DNA of 64,000 nt. Source: Bacillales bacterium UBA5348 (GTDB lineage Bacteria > Bacillota_I > Bacilli_A > RF39 > UBA660). The position numbers and the translations under genes were made by a program. Each line of letters starts with the position of its first letter. The stretch's first letter is position 1. Under the pieces are notes generated by a model. That model was not told the origin of the DNA and did not search any database. It was given only the letters and a program-made list of their open reading frames with translations. Below, in pieces: positions 57,212 through 64,000 of this stretch. The stretch spans positions 133,093 through 197,092 of the forward strand of contig DHQC01000013.1 of assembly GCA_002411005.1 (NCBI GenBank), given 5' to 3'.

Positions 57212-58384
57212 ATGAAGACAATCGTTGATTTTAGAATGAGTGGAAAAAAAGTAATAATTAGATGTGATTTTAATGTACCTATTGAAAATGGGGTTATAAC
57301 AGATGATTCAAGAATTAGAGAAAGTGTTGAAACAATTAAGTTAGCGATTAATGCTACTGCTAAAGTAATTATTCTATCCCATTTAGGAAGAGTAAAGACA
57401 GAGGCTGATATGGCTAACAATAGTCTATTTCCTGTTAGTCAAAGACTAAGTGAATTACTAGGGGAACCTGTTAAATTTGTTCCTTATACAACCGGTGATG
57501 AAGTGGAATTTGCTGTAAACACAATGAGAAATAGTGAAGTTTTAATGTTGGAAAACACACGTTTTGAGGATATAGATGGAAACAAGGAAAGTGGTAATGA
57601 TCCTGATTTAGGTAAATACTGGGCTTCTTTAGGAGATATATTTATTAATGATGCGTTTGGTACATTACATCGCGCTCATGCTTCTAATGTAGGGATTGCG
57701 GGGTATTTACCACATGGAATAGGTTTGCTTGTTAAAAAAGAATTGGATATAATGACTGAAGCTATGGAAAATCCTAAGCATCCATTTATTGTTATTTTAG
57801 GTGGAGCTAAAGTGTCAGATAAAATAGGTGTCATTGAGAATTTAGCTACTAAAGCAGATAAGATATTTATTGGTGGAGGAATGTGTTTTACATTTCTGAA
57901 AGCTTTAGGAAATGATGTTGGTGGTTCTTTAGTTGATGATACTAAATTAGAATTATGTAAAGAAGTATATGAAAAATATAAAGATAAAATTATTTTGCCA
58001 AGAGATGTAGTTGTGGGTAGCTCTTTTACTCCTATGAGTACACTTAGACTTGCTAATGTGAATGATATTAGACCAAATGATATTGGTATGGATATGGGTG
58101 TTCAAACAATGGACAATTTAAAAAATTTATTAGTAGGTTCTGGTTTAGTTATTTGGAATGGACCAATTGGGGTTTTTGAAATAGATAAATTTAATGTTGG
58201 TACCAGAAAACTATTAGAATATTTAGGCTCAAGTCGTAAAGTTATTTTGGGTGGGGGAGATACTGCAGCAGCTGCAGCAAGATTTGGATATAAAAACAAA
58301 TTCTATCATATTTCAACTGGTGGAGGAGCTACACTTGAATTTATGGAGGGAAAAGTTTTACCTGGAATTGAAGCTATGAAATAG
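57212..58384 (+). CDS. pgk: Phosphoglycerate kinase
   Basis: 390 aa with the RCDFNVP N-terminal signature. Confidence 0.95.
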   Translation: MKTIVDFRMSGKKVIIRCDFNVPIENGVITDDSRIRESVETIKLAINATAKVIILSHLGRVKTEADMANNSLFPVSQRLSELLGEPVKFVPYTTGDEVEFAVNTMRNSEVLMLENTRFEDIDGNKESGNDPDLGKYWASLGDIFINDAFGTLHRAHASNVGIAGYLPHGIGLLVKKELDIMTEAMENPKHPFIVILGGAKVSDKIGVIENLATKADKIFIGGGMCFTFLKALGNDVGGSLVDDTKLELCKEVYEKYKDKIILPRDVVVGSSFTPMSTLRLANVNDIRPNDIGMDMGVQTMDNLKNLLVGSGLVIWNGPIGVFEIDKFNVGTRKLLEYLGSSRKVILGGGDTAAAAARFGYKNKFYHISTGGGATLEFMEGKVLPGIEAMK

Positions 58385-58404
58385 TATGATAGGATGTGCT
58401 TATT

Positions 58405-59412
58405 ATGAAAAAACAAAAAAATAATATCTTAATTGTAATTATAGCGTCACTTATCATTATGTATTTCATTTTGAAAGATGACTTTTCAAATATATCAGCA
58501 GTAATTGCAAGTGCAAATATTTGGTGGCTTATACTTGGTGCAGGAATGCTTTTTATATATTGGTTTTTCCAAACAATATGTTTATTAACTGTATCTAATG
58601 CCACCTCTGAAAAAATATCATTCAAGAATCTTTTTAAATCAACAATTGTATGTAACTTTTTTAGTGCTATAACCCCTTCAGCTACTGGAGGTCAACCCTT
58701 TCAAATATATTATTTAAATAAAAAAGGTGTTAAATTAGGTGAAGCAACTAATCTAGTTGTTGAACAAACAACACTTTATCAAATAGCTTTAGTTTTGATG
58801 GGGTTAATTGCAATAATCCTTAATTTCTTTTTTGATTTTTTTCCTTCTGATAATTTCTTGAAAAAGTTAGTTTTAATTGGGTTCCTAGTTAATATTGCTG
58901 TTATAGTTATTTTGAGTTATATTTCATTTGGTAAGAAATCAAATAAATCTATAGCTTTGAAGATAGTTAGATTTCTACATAAAATTAAAATTATTCGTAA
59001 TGAACAAAAAAGCTTAGAGAAGGTTGAAAAAGTTGTTGATAGCTTTTATGTTAGTGCAACGACCTTAAATAAAAACAAGTTTGCCTTAGTAAAAGGTGTT
59101 GTCTTTAATTTTATAGGTTTAGCCTTTCTTTACTCAGTACCTTTAATGGTGGCATATTCTTTAGGTAATTATACTGATTTAAATCTGTTAATAACCATTG
59201 TGTCAGCAGCTTATGTTATGCTCATTGGAACCTTTGTGCCAATACCTGGTGGATCAGGTGGTATTGAATATGCATTTGCAGCTTTTTTTGGTTTTTATAT
59301 CATTGGTCCAACATTAATGGCTATGCTTTTATTGTGGCGCTTTTTAACATATTATTTACCAATCTTAATTGGTGGTATAGTTATCATAAGTGAAAGAGAT
59401 GGAGGAATTTAA
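58405..59412 (+). CDS. UPF0104/MprF-flippase-like polytopic membrane protein
   Basis: About 8 TM helices. Typically partnered with glycolipid glycosyltransferases. ATG 58405 (GTG 58396 alternative). Confidence 0.6.
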   Translation: MKKQKNNILIVIIASLIIMYFILKDDFSNISAVIASANIWWLILGAGMLFIYWFFQTICLLTVSNATSEKISFKNLFKSTIVCNFFSAITPSATGGQPFQIYYLNKKGVKLGEATNLVVEQTTLYQIALVLMGLIAIILNFFFDFFPSDNFLKKLVLIGFLVNIAVIVILSYISFGKKSNKSIALKIVRFLHKIKIIRNEQKSLEKVEKVVDSFYVSATTLNKNKFALVKGVVFNFIGLAFLYSVPLMVAYSLGNYTDLNLLITIVSAAYVMLIGTFVPIPGGSGGIEYAFAAFFGFYIIGPTLMAMLLLWRFLTYYLPILIGGIVIISERDGGI

Positions 59413-60675
59413 ATGAGAGTTGGTTTATTTACTGATGTTTATCCCCCTTACATAAATGGGGTTTCAACAAGTGTTTTAATGCTTAAAAGATCATTAGAAG
59501 GTTTAGGACATGAAGTGTTTGTTATCACTGTTAATAATGAAAATTTGAAATACAAATATGAAGATGATGGTAAGATAATTAGCATTCCTGGTTTACCGAT
59601 TGGAATATATGATTATCGTATAAGTGGTATATATCCAGTTAGAATAATAAAACAAATAAAAAAATGGAAGCTGGATGTTATACATTCCCATACTGAATTT
59701 GGAGTAGGAACATTCGCACGACTAATGTCTAAGCAATTAGAAATACCTTTAGTTCATACTTATCATACGATGTATGAAGATTATATTCATTATGTTACAA
59801 AGGGATATTTTAAAGGAGTAAGCAAAAAGATTGTTGAATATTTAACTCTTTTCTATTGTGATCAAACTATATCAGAATTAGTTGTCCCTACTAAAAAAAC
59901 ATATGATTTATTTAAAGAAAAATATAAAGTTAATCGTAATATTTATATAGTACCAACAGGTATCGAAGTGGAAAAATTTTATAAAGAGAATTTTGATCCG
60001 AAAGATATTCTTGATTTAAGGAAAAAGGTTGGTCTTAAAAAGGAAGATTTTGTTCTTCTCTTTGTAGGACGTATTGCTGCTGAAAAGAATATTCCATTTT
60101 TATTAGATTCGCAAAAAATCTTAAGCAAAAAATATCCTAATATTAAGTTACTTATTATTGGTGATGGCCCTGATTTAGCAAGTCTTAAAAAAGAAGTAGA
60201 GAAGCCTGCCTATAATGATAGTGTTATCTTTGCAGGAAAGGTTCCTTTAACTGAAATAGCTAGTTATTATCAATTAGGTGATGTTTTTGTAACGGCCTCT
60301 CAAACGGAGACCCAAGGTCTTACTGTAATTGAGGCGATGTCCTCATCAATGCCAGTTGTTTGTATAGAGGATGAATCATTTATTAATACAGTTATTCCTG
60401 ACTTAAATGGATATATGTTTAAAAATAAAAGAGAATATCGTAATCAAATTATAGATTTACATAATGATGAAGATAAACTTAGACGTTTAAAGAAACAAGC
60501 TCGTTTAAATGGTAATATGCATTCGTCAAAATATTATGGTGAACGTGTAGCTGATGTATATCGTATAGCTATTGAAAACTATTCTCAAAAGAAAAATAAT
60601 TTTTGGGGTCATATTAAAAAGGTGGTGGGAAGAAGTGAAAAAAATTATAGCTCTAAATCTAAAGATGAATCTTAA
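59413..60675 (+). CDS. GT4 glycosyltransferase, alpha-monoglucosyl-diacylglycerol synthase-like (alMGS/BgsB/CpoA type)
   Basis: N-terminus MRVGLFTDVYPPYINGVSTSV...GHEVFVIT and C-terminal EX7E-type region (...QTETQGLTVIEAMS...). Confidence 0.75.
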   Translation: MRVGLFTDVYPPYINGVSTSVLMLKRSLEGLGHEVFVITVNNENLKYKYEDDGKIISIPGLPIGIYDYRISGIYPVRIIKQIKKWKLDVIHSHTEFGVGTFARLMSKQLEIPLVHTYHTMYEDYIHYVTKGYFKGVSKKIVEYLTLFYCDQTISELVVPTKKTYDLFKEKYKVNRNIYIVPTGIEVEKFYKENFDPKDILDLRKKVGLKKEDFVLLFVGRIAAEKNIPFLLDSQKILSKKYPNIKLLIIGDGPDLASLKKEVEKPAYNDSVIFAGKVPLTEIASYYQLGDVFVTASQTETQGLTVIEAMSSSMPVVCIEDESFINTVIPDLNGYMFKNKREYRNQIIDLHNDEDKLRRLKKQARLNGNMHSSKYYGERVADVYRIAIENYSQKKNNFWGHIKKVVGRSEKNYSSKSKDES

Positions 60676-61351
60676 TTATGAAGAGGCGCTTAATTATGTT
60701 GAAACATTATCAAACGAGAAGTTAGATAAACATGGAATCGTTGTCTTACCTAGTTATATTTATTTAGATATGTTTAGAAAACTTGAATATAACTTAGGAG
60801 CTCAAAATGTTTATTTTGAAGATAAGGGTGCTTATACGGGTGAAATATCACCATCACAACTTAAAACATTAGGAATATCTTATGCTTTAATTGGTCATAG
60901 TGAAAGACGTATCCACTTTAATGAGGATAATGAACTTATTAATAAGAAAATTAAGGGGAGTTTAAGAAATAACTTGAATATTATCTTATGTGTTGGTGAA
61001 ACTGAGGAAGAGAAAGATTTAAATAAAACATTCTTTGTTCTCGAGCAACAACTGATAGCAGATTTAAATAATATAGAAAACTTAAACAACATAATTATTG
61101 CTTATGAACCAGTATGGGCAATAGGAAGTGGAAAAGTACCAAAGAATGAAGAAATAGAAGAATCTATTAAATTTATTAAGAGTGTTGTTAATAGAAAATA
61201 TAATATAGAACCTAAGGTTTTATATGGTGGTAGTGTTAATAAAGAAAATATAAATACAATTTTAAAGATAAATAATGTTGATGGTGTTTTAGTAGGATCA
61301 GCTTCAGTCGACCCAAAATACTTAATATCAATGATAAAATCAGTTGAATAA
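60635..61351 (+). CDS. tpiA: Triose-phosphate isomerase
   Basis: Motifs IALNLKMN (corresponding to IAGNWKMN), IGHSERR, and YEPVWAIGSGK. GTG start with AAGGTGGTGGG RBS; overlaps the GT4 gene's 3' end by about 40 nt. Confidence 0.9.
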   Translation: MKKIIALNLKMNLNYEEALNYVETLSNEKLDKHGIVVLPSYIYLDMFRKLEYNLGAQNVYFEDKGAYTGEISPSQLKTLGISYALIGHSERRIHFNEDNELINKKIKGSLRNNLNIILCVGETEEEKDLNKTFFVLEQQLIADLNNIENLNNIIIAYEPVWAIGSGKVPKNEEIEESIKFIKSVVNRKYNIEPKVLYGGSVNKENINTILKINNVDGVLVGSASVDPKYLISMIKSVE

Positions 61352-61430
61352 TGTCTATTGAGTGTACACCTAGTAAAAAGACTGTATAATTATTGTTATC
61401 TTTTTGGTATACTAAACTTGAGGTGATGGT

Positions 61431-61766
61431 ATGACGAGAGAGGACAACCAAAAGTTGATTCTTTTCCTGGAAACATTCAAACACGAATTGCTTGCCATGG
61501 CAGAGGGCTTAAAAACAAAAGTTTTTAAGCGCAGTGAACTTGAGGACATTTTTGTTTTCAATATTGCTATGGATGAAGAAAGGAACGTCATCCAGGAAAT
61601 GGTTAGTGAGGTAGCTATAAAAGGAGATGAACTTAATACTGGGCCAAACAGTTCATTATCAGCTACCGAGGGTGACCCGGCTTCTTTAGAAAACCCTGGA
61701 AGTGGTATTGGTAAAGCTAAGGTTTATACTAGTAGTCATTTTCAGAGTGATAGAGAGGTTGCCTAG
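61431..61766 (+). CDS. Hypothetical protein
   Basis: 111 aa. The 3' half is noticeably more GC-rich than its surroundings. No motif recognised. Confidence 0.4.
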   Translation: MTREDNQKLILFLETFKHELLAMAEGLKTKVFKRSELEDIFVFNIAMDEERNVIQEMVSEVAIKGDELNTGPNSSLSATEGDPASLENPGSGIGKAKVYTSSHFQSDREVA

Positions 61767-61767
61767 A

Positions 61768-61812
61768 AAAATTAAAATAGAAAAGATGTATCGAAAATAC
61801 ATCTTTTTTATT
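61768..61812 (+). terminator. Rho-independent terminator upstream of spo0A
   Basis: Hairpin AAAAGATGTATcgaaaaTACATCTTTT followed by TTATTTT. Confidence 0.6.
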
Positions 61813-61825
61813 TTAATATGTTCAA

Positions 61826-61832
61826 TTCGACA
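61826..61832 (+). promoter_or_regulatory. Candidate Spo0A box (TTCGACA) in the spo0A upstream region
   Basis: Exact 0A-box 7-mer 59 nt upstream of the spo0A ATG. Consistent with known spo0A autoregulation, but the 7-mer alone is weak evidence. Confidence 0.3.
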
Positions 61833-61890
61833 AAATCCGCGCTTCTTGATAGATATAATAAGCCTGTAGTTTAAGGATAGGAGAAAGAAT

Positions 61891-62661
61891 ATGGAAAATA
61901 TTAGAGTATTAATGGTTGATGATAATGAAAATTTAGTAGCAATGATAAAGGAATATTTTATATCACATTTAAATATTGAAATTGTATTAGAGGCTTATGA
62001 TGGTGCAGAGGCTATGGAGATAATTGAAAAGAAGAATAACGAATATGATGTTATTATTCTGGATTTAATTATGCCTAATAGAGATGGTATCTATGTTTTA
62101 GAAGAAATGAAAAAGAAGAATATAAATAAGCCTATTATCATTTCTACTTCATATAATGCTGCAGATATGATAAGAAGAGTTTCTGAATACAATGTAAATT
62201 ATTTTATTCTCAAACCTTTTGAATTATCTGACTTAGAAAAACGAATCTTGGAATGCGTTAATAAAAAAACTCAGGATGGCAAAGTAATTAATTTACTTCA
62301 TAATAATTTACAAATATCTGTTACTAAACTCCTGCATGAATTAGGAGTACCTTCTCATATAAAAGGATATCAATACATTAGAGAAGGAATAATTATGTTA
62401 TATGAAACTCCTAGCATGATAGGTGGCATAACGAAAGAATTGTATCCAGAGATTGCAACAAAGTTTGATACTACTGTTTCGAGAGTAGAACGTGCTATTA
62501 GGCACGCTATTGAGGTTAGTTGGAATAGAGGAGACTGGAAATTGATGGAGGAAATATTTGGTCATAGTGTGGATATTGACAAGGCAAAACCTACTAATTC
62601 GGAATTTATTGTTACCATATCAGATAAGCTAAGATTAGAATTTAGGAAAGTTACAAATTGA
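61891..62661 (+). CDS. spo0A: Stage 0 sporulation protein A (Spo0A)
   Basis: Receiver domain (DDNENL...D58-type) plus the unmistakable Spo0A C-domain: SHIKGYQYIREGI, ITKELYPEIA, TTVSRVERAIRHAIEV, and PTNSEFI. Confidence 0.95.
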   Translation: MENIRVLMVDDNENLVAMIKEYFISHLNIEIVLEAYDGAEAMEIIEKKNNEYDVIILDLIMPNRDGIYVLEEMKKKNINKPIIISTSYNAADMIRRVSEYNVNYFILKPFELSDLEKRILECVNKKTQDGKVINLLHNNLQISVTKLLHELGVPSHIKGYQYIREGIIMLYETPSMIGGITKELYPEIATKFDTTVSRVERAIRHAIEVSWNRGDWKLMEEIFGHSVDIDKAKPTNSEFIVTISDKLRLEFRKVTN

Positions 62662-62690
62662 ACTACGTGAGTAGTTTTTTTATTTACAAA
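62660..62690 (+). terminator. Terminator after spo0A
   Basis: Hairpin AACTACgtgaGTAGTT followed by TTTTTTTATTT. Confidence 0.55.
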
Positions 62691-62734
62691 AGGTTGTGGT
62701 AATGTTATCATGGACATATGATAGGAGTGGTAAG

Positions 62735-64000
62735 ATGCCGAAAAATAAGAAGGGTTTTACTTTAATAGAGTTATTAGCTGTTATAACTCTATTGGCAGTT
62801 CTTCTTGCTATAACTGTTCCAAACGTTATGAATATGATCGAAAGCTCTAAAAAGAATGCTTTTAGAGATGATGTCAAAGCACTAATAAGTGTTATTAAAA
62901 CTAAACAAATAAAGAATCAAAGTTATGATGTGACAACGATAAATGTTGCAAATATGGAAACTGAATTAGATATAGCTAATGCTAACTATGAATCCATTAC
63001 AGCTTCTTTAGTTGATGATGAAGTTGTTATTTTAGTTGTAGGTAAAAATGACTGGGAAGATTTTGTAGTTTGTGGAACTCAAAGTAATATGAAAGTAGAG
63101 AAGATTAGCGAAAGTACATGCTTTGTTGACGATAGTAAAGCAAGTAAACCAGAACTTGCAACTAATATTATACCGGTGATGCATTATAATGGAAATTGGG
63201 TTAAGGCGGATAAAAACAATTTAGCAAGTGTATATCAATGGTATGATTATGATAAAAAGAATTGGGCTAATGCTGTAACTATAACAAGTGGTAAGTTAGA
63301 GACCTATAAAAAAGCTCCTTTGGGAACAGTGGTAAGAGAGACTGATATTCTTACTTATTTAGTGTGGATTCCAAGATATAAATATGTAATACCTGCAGGT
63401 ACTGGAGCAAGAAGTATAAATATTGTTTTTGAAAATAGTACGACTCCAAAATCAAATGGGACAGCTATAGGTACAAATTATAGAACCCATCCTGCTTTTA
63501 CTTTTGATCAAGAATTAAACGGGTTTTGGGTAGGTAAATTTGAGATAACGGGAACAATTGATGCTATGACTGTAAAACCAAATTTAACAGCGTTAAGAGA
63601 ACAATCTGTGTCTAGTTTTTATGCAGAAATAAGCAATATGCAAATAAGTGGAAATGCATATGGATTTAACGCTAATGAAGTAGATACTCATATGATGAAG
63701 AATGATGAATGGGGAGCTGTAGCTTATCTATCAATGAGTACATATGGATTAAATAACGAAATATACAAGAACAACAGTAGTGATTGCTATACAGGACGAA
63801 GTGGTGGCAATGTTGGTGGTAGTCAAAAAAAGATTTCCGGAGTTAATGAATACATGGATACTGGTTTCTATACATATGATGGTAAATGTGCCACAACTAC
63901 AACAATTGTTACAGGAATAGATGCTGGTTGTACAACGATAAATAATATATTAAGTGATACATCACTGTCATATAAAGCGAGCACTACAGGCAATATCTAT
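62735..64000 (+). CDS. Large protein with prepilin-type N-terminal cleavage/methylation domain (type IV pilin/pseudopilin-like); 3' end beyond the window
   Basis: MPKNKKGFTLIELLAVITLLAVLLAI is the class III signal (KGFTLIE...). Open frame of at least 422 codons to the window end. Not in the ORF track because no stop lies in the window. AGGAG RBS; TTTACA-17-TATCAT promoter-like upstream. Confidence 0.7.
   Translation, partial: MPKNKKGFTLIELLAVITLLAVLLAITVPNVMNMIESSKKNAFRDDVKALISVIKTKQIKNQSYDVTTINVANMETELDIANANYESITASLVDDEVVILVVGKNDWEDFVVCGTQSNMKVEKISESTCFVDDSKASKPELATNIIPVMHYNGNWVKADKNNLASVYQWYDYDKKNWANAVTITSGKLETYKKAPLGTVVRETDILTYLVWIPRYKYVIPAGTGARSINIVFENSTTPKSNGTAIGTNYRTHPAFTFDQELNGFWVGKFEITGTIDAMTVKPNLTALREQSVSSFYAEISNMQISGNAYGFNANEVDTHMMKNDEWGAVAYLSMSTYGLNNEIYKNNSSDCYTGRSGGNVGGSQKKISGVNEYMDTGFYTYDGKCATTTTIVTGIDAGCTTINNILSDTSLSYKASTTGNIY

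Noticed and set aside
62680-62877. 65-aa minus-strand ORF.
   Set aside because: Antisense to the strongly supported prepilin-type gene's N-terminus.
1-64000. CRISPR arrays, rRNA genes, prophage structural genes and restriction-modification systems.
   Set aside because: No regularly spaced direct repeats, no rRNA-like conserved blocks, and no capsid/terminase/methyltransferase-like ORFs were seen.

Overview
A 64-kb chromosomal segment, very AT-rich (estimated by eye at about 28-30% GC), from an endospore-forming Firmicute. The layout resembles Bacillus, Clostridia or Erysipelotrichia, but I could not assign a species. Core genes are mostly on the + strand. They include trmR with two U32 peptidase genes (yrrM/yrrN/yrrO-like), greA, tig, lon, tRNA-Ala, alr, a minus-strand SEDS gene, the rimP-nusA-ylxR-infB-rbfA-truB block, rpsO-pnp, a minus-strand RNase J, rmuC, clpP, trpS, gap-pgk-(glycolipid synthase pair)-tpiA, spo0A, and a downstream large prepilin-type protein. 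Sporulation genes are scattered through the window: a CotY/Z-like Cys-rich coat protein, a Tyr/Pro-repeat small protein, an alpha/beta SASP, a YjcZ-like tiny gene, cwlJ, an orphan KinB-like histidine kinase and spo0A. Three accessory regions stand out.

(i) 36-41.5 kb: a translationally coupled GH16 / processive GT2 / CE4 exopolysaccharide module whose synthase is split at a G7 tract. It lies next to a divergent pair of paralogous helical-domain genes, one with no canonical start codon, and a degV gene frameshifted at an A7 tract.

(ii) 41.6-43.5 kb: a GluRS gene sandwiched between tRNA-Gln(CUG) and tRNA-Glu(CUC).

(iii) 43.5-53.7 kb: an island bounded by tRNA-Glu and tRNA-Trp. It carries a kinase-like protein, a compact DNPH1-like / FGase-like / Cys-His-protein operon, sortase B with an NPQT-anchored surface protein, an IS transposase remnant, and a secreted Trp-rich protein with a LanFEG-like ABC transporter.

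Several genes look decayed or truncated: an mltG fragment, a short rimP, and a MazG-like pseudogene with two GAA->TAA nonsense codons. No CRISPR array, rRNA or clear riboswitch was seen. All calls rest on by-eye motif recognition and the supplied ORF track; no database search was possible.
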